A DNA stretch of 37,575 nucleotides from a virus (lineage: Duplodnaviria; Caudoviricetes): positions 1 through 37,575 of IMG/VR virus record IMGVR_UViG_3300017780_004173; one strand, 5' to 3'. The notes under the pieces were generated by a model, which did not search any database, was not told the origin of the DNA, and was given only the letters and a program-made list of their open reading frames with translations. The translations under genes were made by a program, and so were the position numbers. Below, one piece after another: positions 16,333 to 23,574 of the stretch; position 1 is the first letter of the stretch; the number at the start of each line of letters is the position of its first letter.

Positions 16333-16756
16333 GAAGTTTGACCGTCTCCTGCACCGTGGGCGTATTAAGGACGGCCAGCTTGTACTAGACAATGGCAGGT
16401 GGTGGAAAGGAATGTTGCAGCTCTTTGAGGACACCGAGGTGACTATTCTGGTGGAGCGTAGAAAGAACAAACGAAGTACCAACCAAAACGCATACCTGTG
16501 GGGGGTAGTGTACTACTACATCGCAGAACACACAGGCTTTCTACCAGAGGAAGTACACGAATGCCTACGCTCCAAGTTCCTACGGCACAAGCGGGTATGG
16601 CGGGGTATGGAGCTGACGGTGCTCAAAAGCACAACTCAACTTACTCACGAGGAGTTTGGTGAGTACATAGAACAGTGCATACGGGAGGCTACGGACTTGG
16701 GAATTGAGATACCACCGCCAACTACTGAAATGGATAAGGTAATGGCTACGATTTAG
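16325..16756 (+). CDS. NinB-like recombination accessory protein
   Basis: RSTNQNAYLWG, EVHE.L, STTQLT..EF..YIE. Confidence 0.7.
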   Translation: MSKKFDRLLHRGRIKDGQLVLDNGRWWKGMLQLFEDTEVTILVERRKNKRSTNQNAYLWGVVYYYIAEHTGFLPEEVHECLRSKFLRHKRVWRGMELTVLKSTTQLTHEEFGEYIEQCIREATDLGIEIPPPTTEMDKVMATI

Positions 16757-16803
16757 TTATGCACACCCTCTCTGTTTACTGTCGGCCACTTGTCGGCTAC
16801 AAT
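16756..16803 (+). promoter_or_regulatory. Promoter of the accessory arm with TGTCGG direct repeat
   Basis: GTTATGCACA box, TTTACT, 17 nt, TACAAT; TGTCGG at 16780 and 16791. Confidence 0.7.
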
Positions 16804-16829
16804 AGAGATATATAAGAAGAATAAACACT

Positions 16830-16970
16830 ATGGCTAGAGAACTACTAACAGTACGCAAAGGATTTCGCCTTACTGAAAAAGAGGCAAAGAAGTTGGGAAG
16901 GAGCGCAATGAATTATCGGGACGAAGCAACACTTATTCGGGAGGCACTTAAAAGAATGGAAATTATCTAG
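16830..16970 (+). CDS. Ribbon-helix-helix regulator (46 aa)
   Basis: Translated by hand: MARELLTVRKGFRLTEKEAKKLGRSAMNYRDEATLIREALKRMEII. Confidence 0.8.
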   Translation: MARELLTVRKGFRLTEKEAKKLGRSAMNYRDEATLIREALKRMEII

Positions 16971-17401
16971 CACCTAACTAATAACTACTATGAACGAAAC
17001 AATATCTGGAATCGTGGGCGTTGTTATCCTAATCGGAATTGGGCTGGGAGTTATTCTAGGACTCATCTGGGGATTTCAGTCCTTCAAGGTGTACTCCGCC
17101 GAAATGTCAGGACACGCAGAGTACGCACAAGCAGAATCTAATCGCCGTATCAAGGTACTAGAGGCACAAGCCGCACTTGATTCCGCTTCTCTTAATGCTC
17201 AGGCAGAAGTAGCTCGTGCTGAAGGAGTCGCCAAAGCCAACGCAATCGTGGCAGACGGACTTGGAGGGCCAGAAGGATACCTACGCTACCTCTACATCCA
17301 TATGCTAGAGAAGTCACCAGAGAAGCAAGTCATCTACATCCCAACAGAAGCAGGTCTACCGATTCTTGAGGCAGGGAAAAGAATCTAGCACCTAACTAAT
17401 A
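16965..17401 (+). repeat. 19 bp direct repeat bracketing one gene
   Basis: ATCTAGCACCTAACTAATA at 16965-16983 and 17383-17401. Confidence 0.9.
16990..17388 (+). CDS. SPFH/band-7-like membrane protein (coiled-coil part)
   Basis: N-terminal TM, AEVARAEGVAKAN, YLRYLYI, VIYIPTEAGLPILEA. Confidence 0.8.
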   Translation: MNETISGIVGVVILIGIGLGVILGLIWGFQSFKVYSAEMSGHAEYAQAESNRRIKVLEAQAALDSASLNAQAEVARAEGVAKANAIVADGLGGPEGYLRYLYIHMLEKSPEKQVIYIPTEAGLPILEAGKRI

Positions 17402-17407
17402 CTCTGT

Positions 17408-17758
17408 ATGGACAAATTAGTAAACTTTTTGGGATTAGTAATCATCGGACTCACTATCGGCACGATTGCTTTGGTGCCTGTCATCCTTTCTGGCGGCGTA
17501 CATTTCGTTCTCCCTATCAAGGAGGAAATCGTGAGGACAGAGGTTTCGGTGCTGGTGGAGGCAGAGGAGTGTGGAAAGCTGGGTGGGGTGTTTCGGATAG
17601 AACAGGCGTCCCCGCTTGTCTATGATTTGATTTTGAGCAGATACCGTCCTGAGCCACTCATCTACAAAGAGAAGGTGAAAAAGAATATCCCCGCGTACAC
17701 GCTCACCTGCACCAAAGTCAACGCTCCCGAGATTCTCTTTAGCAAAGAAGTTATATGA
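17408..17758 (+). CDS. Membrane-anchored hypothetical protein
   Basis: N-terminal hydrophobic helix, 116 aa. Confidence 0.75.
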   Translation: MDKLVNFLGLVIIGLTIGTIALVPVILSGGVHFVLPIKEEIVRTEVSVLVEAEECGKLGGVFRIEQASPLVYDLILSRYRPEPLIYKEKVKKNIPAYTLTCTKVNAPEILFSKEVI

Positions 17759-18069
17759 CCACTCCCACCACCCTAGAGGAACGGTTTGACGAGAAGTTCC
17801 CACACGGACTTTATGGTGCTGAATGGTATGCAGACGGAAGTTTTAAGGTGTGTTGGGGCGAAACACCAACAATCAAGGACTTCATCCAATCAGAAATCCT
17901 CCTAGACCGAGCAACAAGGGAGGGAAGTATTCTCGGATTATTGAAAATAGCCATTTGTCCCGACACTTCGTGCGACCAGAATGGAACGTGTGTAGATGGA
18001 AATGGCGAACCCTTTCAGTGTCAGTGGTGTGATGAAAGACGAATGGCCCTATTAGAAGACTCTAAGTAA
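17755..18069 (+). CDS. Modular hypothetical protein (MTTPT family, copy 1)
   Basis: Shares three short blocks with 18788-19129. Confidence 0.8.
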   Translation: MTTPTTLEERFDEKFPHGLYGAEWYADGSFKVCWGETPTIKDFIQSEILLDRATREGSILGLLKIAICPDTSCDQNGTCVDGNGEPFQCQWCDERRMALLEDSK

Positions 18070-18076
18070 CCTAGAT

Positions 18077-18307
18077 ATGGAAATGAAATACGTTATTCGT
18101 GCAGACGGTACAGTAAAAGTATTCCCGCGAACATCTATACACGCATACCAGGTATGCGGTTGTCCCGAAGAAGATTGTCCTCGGCGTGCTGTCTCCGCAG
18201 GTTTCTACAACACAGAGACAGGTGAGGCATACGGAGAAAGTACCAGCATAGGTGTCAAATCCCGCCCAGAAGATTCTCAGATTATTAGAGACTCTAAAGT
18301 GACCTAG
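18077..18307 (+). CDS. Hypothetical protein (76 aa)
   Basis: Exactly bounded by two junction repeats. Confidence 0.8.
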   Translation: MEMKYVIRADGTVKVFPRTSIHAYQVCGCPEEDCPRRAVSAGFYNTETGEAYGESTSIGVKSRPEDSQIIRDSKVT

Positions 18308-18309
18308 AT

Positions 18310-18783
18310 ATGAAAAAACAACCAACTTGGATAACGTCCTCCTACAAAACGACACAGATACACTGGGCGAAGTCTCAGGCATCTATTATGCAGATGTTAG
18401 ACCAGGTAGGTATCAACGAGATACGCTTTACCTCAATGCCAGACCGTTTCGTGCTGGAGTTTATGGCGAAGTTTACCGAAACAGCGATACCGAAAGCAGT
18501 ACGCATTGTAGTACCCCTATTCACCAAGCTCACCGACTCACCAGAGACACGAAACAAGGAACTCAACATCATTCACCGCATACTCCTCAACCACCTCAAA
18601 GCAAAGTTTGTAGCTATTGGGAACGGCCTTACCGAGTTTGAGCAGGAGTTCATGTCTCACCTTGTTATTACTGACAAGCAGGGACGGAGCACGACTCTTG
18701 GAGAACACTTACTGCCTCAGTACACCGCAAATATTGAGAGTGGAGAGGTAGTGCAGTTTCGTCTTGGCGACGGTAACAACTAA
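18310..18783 (+). CDS. Hypothetical phage protein (157 aa)
   Basis: LKAKFVAI..G...FEQEFM motif; starts within a junction repeat. Confidence 0.85.
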   Translation: MKKQPTWITSSYKTTQIHWAKSQASIMQMLDQVGINEIRFTSMPDRFVLEFMAKFTETAIPKAVRIVVPLFTKLTDSPETRNKELNIIHRILLNHLKAKFVAIGNGLTEFEQEFMSHLVITDKQGRSTTLGEHLLPQYTANIESGEVVQFRLGDGNN

Positions 18784-18787
18784 CCCT

Positions 18788-19129
18788 ATGACCACTCCCA
18801 CAATCCTAGAGGAACGGTTAAAAGGAATGATTGGTATGTTGGGTGAACACAACACCGCATACTGGATTACTCCTGAAGTCAGTGAGAAGAAATTGACGGT
18901 TATGGAACTATTGGAACAGGAAATATCATTTGACAGAGCAACAAGGGATAGAGAACTGCGGGAGAAGATTGAGGGTGTCACTCCTGAAAAAGAAAAAGGG
19001 AACTCTGTGTTCAGAGACCCGTTCTTTCTGAAGGGTAGAAAAGATTGGGATAGAAAACTGTTTGCTATGGGGTATGTGCAAGCGAAAAAAGATATTGAGG
19101 CCCTATTAAAAGACTCTAAAGTGACCTAG
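18788..19129 (+). CDS. Modular hypothetical protein (MTTPT family, copy 2)
   Basis: Start re-assigned by similarity to the 17755 start. Confidence 0.8.
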   Translation: MTTPTILEERLKGMIGMLGEHNTAYWITPEVSEKKLTVMELLEQEISFDRATRDRELREKIEGVTPEKEKGNSVFRDPFFLKGRKDWDRKLFAMGYVQAKKDIEALLKDSKVT

Positions 19130-19131
19130 AT

Positions 19132-19389
19132 ATGGAAATCAAACAGTTCATTGAGAAGGCGATTGAGGGTGGGTACGATGCTCCATACTCTTGGGAAGAA
19201 CAGTCTTGGCAGGGCGACCACGGAAAACTAAAGGCGATTCTTGACCCACTCGCTTGGCAAGCTGTGGGGAAGGTGGAAAGCAGCAAAGAGGCTTGGCTAA
19301 CGACAGTTTCGTGGAAAGCAAATATGGTTGGCATGGCAAACGCCCTCGCCGAGGGTAAGACTATTGACGATTTCTTGGCTACCTTATAG
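19132..19389 (+). CDS. Hypothetical protein (85 aa)
   Basis: IEKAIEGGY..ILDPLAWQAVGK; starts within a junction repeat. Confidence 0.8.
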   Translation: MEIKQFIEKAIEGGYDAPYSWEEQSWQGDHGKLKAILDPLAWQAVGKVESSKEAWLTTVSWKANMVGMANALAEGKTIDDFLATL

Positions 19390-19401
19390 AATAGATAACG
19401 T

Positions 19402-19968
19402 ATGGAAAACACTATGAAGGTCTGTGAAATGTGCAGCAAGACATACAAAAGGCCTCATTCTTCTTTGAAGCAATGGGAAGCGCGGCGTTTTTGTAGTCTA
19501 AAGTGCTCAAGTCTTACGGGCAAAACCACAACTCATGGGGTATCCCAGACCCCTATTTATCACATATGGAGCGGCATGATGAAACGATGTTACGACAAAA
19601 AGTGTCCTGTATATAAGTGGTACGGAGGTCGGGGGATAAGTATTTCCGAGGAATGGAAGAACCCAGCCAACTTTGTTAAGGACATGCTTCCAACATATGG
19701 TATAGGACTTCAGATTGACCGTACCGACAACAACGGAAATTATGAGAAGGGAAATTGCCGATGGGTTACCGCAAGTGAGAACATGCGGAACCGCCGTACA
19801 AATAGACTGATTACATTCAGGGGAGAAACGAAGACACTTACTGAGTGGTCTGAGATAACAGGCATAAAAGTCGGAACCATTTGGGCACGTTTGAACGTAT
19901 TCAAGCATCCTATAGAAAAAGCACTTACCATGCGTCCTCAGCGCAGACAATATCTTGAAACCCTATGA
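19402..19968 (+). CDS. HNH homing endonuclease
   Basis: HG.S.T..Y..W..M..RC, YGGRGI, IDRTDNNGNYEKGNCRW.T..EN..NRR, TLTEWS. Confidence 0.9.
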   Translation: MENTMKVCEMCSKTYKRPHSSLKQWEARRFCSLKCSSLTGKTTTHGVSQTPIYHIWSGMMKRCYDKKCPVYKWYGGRGISISEEWKNPANFVKDMLPTYGIGLQIDRTDNNGNYEKGNCRWVTASENMRNRRTNRLITFRGETKTLTEWSEITGIKVGTIWARLNVFKHPIEKALTMRPQRRQYLETL

Positions 19969-20333
19969 CCCCCCTAAACGAAGTGAAAGCTACGTGTTGC
20001 GAGAAGTGCTTTGTTGGGTTGTTCAATGAGTGGGAGGAGTGCGCAGATACTTCTTGCAAATGCCACACCGAGAAAGCAGTTAGAGCTATTCCTGAGTGGG
20101 AGCTACTAAACAGTCAGTTAGCAGACCTTGGAGTAGCAAGCAAACCAAGCGAGATTTTTCCCGCACACCAAGCGATTTTAGAAACAATAAATCGTTTACT
20201 CACCACCCGAGAAGCGGAGACAATAAAGCGATGTAAGAAGGCACTAAAAAGTAGCCAGGAGAACTGTATGTGCTACGAAAAGAACATCTTACAGCTTGAC
20301 CGCCTCACTACCAACCCTAAAGAAAACATATGA
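19965..20333 (+). CDS. Modular hypothetical protein (RAIPEW/LTTREAE family, copy 1)
   Basis: Cys-rich N-terminus plus blocks shared with the next gene. Confidence 0.8.
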   Translation: MTPLNEVKATCCEKCFVGLFNEWEECADTSCKCHTEKAVRAIPEWELLNSQLADLGVASKPSEIFPAHQAILETINRLLTTREAETIKRCKKALKSSQENCMCYEKNILQLDRLTTNPKENI

Positions 20334-20728
20334 CCAGAGCTATTCCTGAGTGGGCTGAGAAGTATTTGAAGCTAACGCAAAACTGGAGAGACGCGGGTCA
20401 TAAGATTAGCCCGTTTGCAGTTCAAGCGACAATCGTGTTTATGCGCACCGAACTCACCACCCGTGAAGCAGAGGTGAACCAGAGATGGGAAAATGACCCG
20501 ATGACTAAAGAACACCACGCGCAAATAGTTCAGAGCGCACTCACCACACGAGAAGCGGAGGTGTCCCGCAGATTGATTCCTTTCTTAGAGGGATACCGCG
20601 AGGGTGTTATTGAGGACTATTCAACCACGAAAGAAGTAAAACTCGCAAAGCTACAAGTTCTAAAAGACGTAATGGAAATATTGCCTACCAACCCTAACCA
20701 TTATCACGAAGCACCAACTAAGGAATAG
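20330..20728 (+). CDS. Modular hypothetical protein (RAIPEW/LTTREAE family, copy 2)
   Basis: RAIPEW, two LTTREAE blocks, TNP, EAPTK. Confidence 0.8.
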   Translation: MTRAIPEWAEKYLKLTQNWRDAGHKISPFAVQATIVFMRTELTTREAEVNQRWENDPMTKEHHAQIVQSALTTREAEVSRRLIPFLEGYREGVIEDYSTTKEVKLAKLQVLKDVMEILPTNPNHYHEAPTKE

Positions 20729-20729
20729 T

Positions 20730-20855
20730 ATGAAAAACTCACTACTAAAGAGCCAGGTAGAAGCAATACTTATGCTTGTTTGCATCGCTACGTGGTTCAT
20801 ACCTGTGTACGTAGTCTTGGGGCATCTTGGCATCTTGTACCCAAAGACTTTCTAA
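20730..20855 (+). CDS. Small membrane protein (41 aa, MKNSLLKSQVEAILMLVC...)
   Basis: Translated by hand; one TM segment; starts just after the previous stop. Confidence 0.65.
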   Translation: MKNSLLKSQVEAILMLVCIATWFIPVYVVLGHLGILYPKTF

Positions 20856-20869
20856 CCCCTAACCCACTT

Positions 20870-20983
20870 ATGACTAAGAACGTGAACCACGAGTGCAGAT
20901 GCCCTTGTATTGAGAAAGACCCACAAAGACCGTGTGGACATTGTTCCGCCTACTGTAGACCTTACGAAGCACCAACTAAGTAA
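20870..20983 (+). CDS. Cys-rich microprotein (37 aa, MTKNVNHECRCPC...)
   Basis: ATG start within track ORF 20780-20983; ends in the shared EAPTK block. Confidence 0.65.
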   Translation: MTKNVNHECRCPCIEKDPQRPCGHCSAYCRPYEAPTK

Positions 20984-21005
20984 TTACAACTCTATATATA
21001 ATCTT

Positions 21006-21236
21006 ATGGAACCAACAGCAACAATTCAGCGCGTTAAGCAGATTCACTTCATGGACCTGAAGCCTGGGCACAGTGTAACAATAGGGTACGGATTTACTGG
21101 ACTCATCCTTGAACTTGAAGACGGGCGACTTATCAAACACTGCTCGACTGACCCGATGGTGCAATTTGAGGAAATAACACCGAGCAACTCTAATTACGAG
21201 CAACTGAAGGCACTCTGCAATTACTCAACACCCTAA
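21006..21236 (+). CDS. Hypothetical protein (76 aa, MEPTATIQ...)
   Basis: ATG start behind an AT-rich spacer. Confidence 0.7.
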   Translation: MEPTATIQRVKQIHFMDLKPGHSVTIGYGFTGLILELEDGRLIKHCSTDPMVQFEEITPSNSNYEQLKALCNYSTP

Positions 21237-21261
21237 CCATTATCACGAGCATAAATCTTAT

Positions 21262-21345
21262 ATGAAACTTTACGATGAAATTGAGAAAGCCGAGTTTGAC
21301 GCTAGATGGGCAGACCTACTTACCAACAGTTCCGTAGAGAAATAG
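21262..21345 (+). CDS. Microprotein (27 aa, MKLYDEIEKAEFDARWADLL...)
   Basis: Translated by hand; fills the gap. Confidence 0.5.
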   Translation: MKLYDEIEKAEFDARWADLLTNSSVEK

Positions 21346-21349
21346 ATGT

Positions 21350-21541
21350 ATGAAGAAGCAAAACTCACTCCAAACATACCTTGCGGGACGTGCGAAGAAC
21401 CCTCCGAAAAGACCCAGAGAGTGTCAGCACGATGAAAACCACTGGTGCCAGAACTGCATAAACACAGGGCAAGATGTTGAGGTGACGCTACCAGACGGAA
21501 AAATTAGCCGTGGGACTATCTTTACGAGCAAAACACCATGA
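21350..21541 (+). CDS. Small zinc-binding protein
   Basis: CQH..CQNC; ATGA overlap with the next gene. Confidence 0.7.
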   Translation: MKKQNSLQTYLAGRAKNPPKRPRECQHDENHWCQNCINTGQDVEVTLPDGKISRGTIFTSKTP

Positions 21542-21810
21542 ACAATACCAATGAAGTGAAGGAGTGCGAACACGACTACGAAAACCCTGTGAGAAAGGGT
21601 CGCGCAAAACTTCATTGTCCTAGGTGCGATGAGGACATAACACTCATGCTTGTTCTCATGCACGAGACAACTGAAAAGCCCGAGAGACCGTATCACGAAA
21701 TAGACCACTTCCATTGTTGGCAGCAAGGCAAGAATCCCGCCTGTGGGATACCTCTCGCGGAACATACGGTGTGTTGTCTGTGTGCTATTCCTTACAAGAG
21801 ACGAGTATGA
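21538..21810 (+). CDS. Cys/His-rich hypothetical protein
   Basis: CEH..CPRC..HFHC..C..H..CCLC. Confidence 0.75.
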   Translation: MNNTNEVKECEHDYENPVRKGRAKLHCPRCDEDITLMLVLMHETTEKPERPYHEIDHFHCWQQGKNPACGIPLAEHTVCCLCAIPYKRRV

Positions 21811-21959
21811 AAAAGATTAAGTGTTGGCTCGGGCTGCACTTTTGGATACTCAAAGACAAGAATATCTTTACCCCCACTGAAGTGGTGTACCGAACAGCGA
21901 TGGAGTGTTTTCACTGCGGGAAACATAAGAAATGGACTTTCTTTGAGCAGGTTCTATAG
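21807..21959 (+). CDS. Small prophage protein (50 aa, MKKIKCWLGLHFW..CFHCGK)
   Basis: ATGA overlap; CxxxxH..CxxC pattern resembling DUF1660. Confidence 0.7.
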   Translation: MKKIKCWLGLHFWILKDKNIFTPTEVVYRTAMECFHCGKHKKWTFFEQVL

Positions 21960-21961
21960 AC

Positions 21962-21991
21962 AAATCCCCCGCCTTTCAGCGGGGTTAGTTT
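21962..21991. terminator. Intrinsic terminator at the convergence of the two arms
   Basis: CCCCGC-CTTTCA-GCGGGG followed by TTAGTTT on plus and GATTTG on minus. Confidence 0.65.
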
Positions 21992-22036
21992 GGGTATTCG
22001 GGGTCTTCTCGCCTCCTAATTAGATGGAGCCTCCTT

Positions 22037-22204
22037 TCAATGTCTCCGAGGGGGTGGGCGAACGAACTGTTGAGGACGTTCGTTTCTCGTAGACGTGTGA
22101 AGTTGTAGTTCACATTGTTGTGGTCGGTGGGTCACATAAGAAAACCCACACGAACATTCGTTCCCCGAGATTGGGGTATCGCACTGCGGACAGTTAAGCT
22201 TCAT
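22037..22204 (-). CDS. Zinc-ribbon microprotein with own promoter (55 aa, MKLNCPQCDTPISGNECSCG...)
   Basis: Translated by hand; strong SD GAAAGGAAGGTG; TATAAT at 22228-22233. Confidence 0.65.
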   Translation of the reverse strand: MKLNCPQCDTPISGNECSCGFSYVTHRPQQCELQLHTSTRNERPQQFVRPPPRRH

Positions 22205-22227
22205 TTCGCACCTTCCTTTCCTCTTGT

Positions 22228-22284
22228 ATTATACCGCACACTATCCCCTTTCTTTTGTTTCCACCTGTGGACAGGTGCTATCAT
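22228..22284. promoter_or_regulatory. Divergent promoters with a central palindrome
   Basis: Minus TATAAT, plus TGc-TATCAT (22279-22284), CACCTGT-GG-ACAGGTG at 22262-22277. Confidence 0.55.
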
Positions 22285-22286
22285 TA

Positions 22287-22410
22287 AATACGAGCGAACT
22301 CCGCTAAGGCACCAAACTGTGAGTGATGCGTAGATACTCTTCGACCCCCACCCTAAAAATAGACCTTAGACAAAGAGACTCACCTAGTAATGGTGAGTCT
22401 CCGCTCATTT
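22287..22410 (+). ncRNA. Candidate small RNA
   Basis: GAGCG/CGCTC terminal stem, CTAAGG/CCTTAG arm, GAGACTCACC/GGTGAGTCTC 10 bp hairpin; begins just after a -10 box. Confidence 0.45.
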
Positions 22411-22894
22411 AATGAGTCGCAAGATAGTTCAACCCTTTTTCTGCATACGCGCACGAGTCATAATAAACACCCCATTTATTTGTACCTGAATAGCAATCTT
22501 TCGTTCCAGGGCCCCATCCAGTCGCACTGCCTTGGTTCCACATTAGGAATATGCCCCGCTCACTCATACCTTCGTTGAGCCACTTAGAAATCATACCCAT
22601 AGTTATCTTGTGCTCGTTCTGTTCTGTTTGAAGTAATACTTCACCTGCTATTACCATAGAGTACGCACGCCAAGTAGAAGGCAGGTACTGGTAGCACCCG
22701 TACTCACCAGACTGTCCTTGTGTGCATCTGCCCTCAGCGAAACGAATTGCATCAGCAACCTTTGAAGCACGGGTAGTCAAGGAAACCACCTCCACTATGG
22801 GAGTCTGCGCTGCTTCGGCAACGTGTACCATTACGGGTATCTGTTGCACAGGCGCAAATAAGAGCGTTAAAACACTAAATATTGAGGGTAAAAT
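22409..22894 (-). CDS. Exported lysozyme-like / lytic transglycosylase
   Basis: IRFAE catalytic Glu, GEYGCYQYLPSTW, WN.G and terminal YA motifs; frame open to a hydrophobic leader at 22894 (track start GTG 22849). Confidence 0.75.
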   Translation of the reverse strand: MLPSIFSVLTLLFAPVQQIPVMVHVAEAAQTPIVEVVSLTTRASKVADAIRFAEGRCTQGQSGEYGCYQYLPSTWRAYSMVIAGEVLLQTEQNEHKITMGMISKWLNEGMSERGIFLMWNQGSATGWGPGTKDCYSGTNKWGVYYDSCAYAEKGLNYLATH

Positions 22895-22897
22895 AAG

Positions 22898-23116
22898 TTA
22901 CTTGACCGAAACTGCTCCAAAGAGAGCCTTGTTTCCGTCCGACTTTGCCTTCATACTTGACTCCAAAGAGGAGAAGAGTCCGGCCACTACTGTTGCGAGA
23001 ACAGGGGAAAGAACACCGTTGAGGTTTGCTGAGTCTCCTAGAAAGGAAACAACAGCCAACACTACAACGATAAGCAATCCCTTAATGAATCCTGCTACTG
23101 CGGGGGTAATTTTCAT
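22898..23116 (-). CDS. Holin-like protein
   Basis: 72 aa, two TM segments, charged C-terminus, in the lysis block. Confidence 0.7.
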   Translation of the reverse strand: MKITPAVAGFIKGLLIVVVLAVVSFLGDSANLNGVLSPVLATVVAGLFSSLESSMKAKSDGNKALFGAVSVK

Positions 23117-23535
23117 ACGTCTATAAGTATATACCCATACTTAAATTCTGTCTTGTGTATATCTGCGTGGTGTTGTCTACATACCCACACAACCTCCAGT
23201 GGTTTTGAGTGGTCAGGATGATGTGCTTCTGCTTGTCTGGATGAACAAACCATACACGGCTCTTTAACTACCAAGCCCGAATTGACAGCTCTATTTAACA
23301 TTATCCTCGCGTCCTGTTTGTGCTTGTGTTTTATAGTGCTTTTGCGTACCGCTTTTCTGATATTCTCTGCACCAACTTTTGTTTTTCTATATTTTAAGGC
23401 ACGTGCAGTATTGCACGCTCTACACATTGAACGATACAACTTATCGCCATTTGAACGAATGACTAGGGCAATACGCATAAGTGGCACATCTTCTATCTTG
23501 CACGTCTGACAGTACCTGCTCTGTGATATTTCCAT
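23113..23535 (-). CDS. HNH-like endonuclease
   Basis: CQTC..CRAC, PCMVC..EAHHPDHSKPLEVVWVCRQHH; preceded by TATAAT-8 nt-ATG. Confidence 0.8.
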   Translation of the reverse strand: MEISQSRYCQTCKIEDVPLMRIALVIRSNGDKLYRSMCRACNTARALKYRKTKVGAENIRKAVRKSTIKHKHKQDARIMLNRAVNSGLVVKEPCMVCSSRQAEAHHPDHSKPLEVVWVCRQHHADIHKTEFKYGYILIDV

Positions 23536-23574
23536 ATACCACTATTATATACCATCTATAGAAAACTTCACCTA

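Larger units (their letters stand above)
18045..19139 (+). repeat. Three gene-junction repeats GACTCTAA(A)GTRACCTAGATATG
   Basis: Cores at 18058-18079, 18290-18312 and 19112-19134; first and third extend to about 40 bp. Confidence 0.92.

Noticed and set aside
17755-21248. Diversity-generating retroelement or integron as the source of the repeats
   Set aside because: No reverse transcriptase or tyrosine integrase, no long TR/VR pair with adenine-specific mismatches, and no attC-like palindromes
21984-22125. Second minus-strand frame (VNYNFTRLRETN...EYPN) overlapping the 55 aa zinc-ribbon ORF
   Set aside because: Only a GTG start with no RBS, and it overlaps a better supported ORF; cannot be supported from sequence alone
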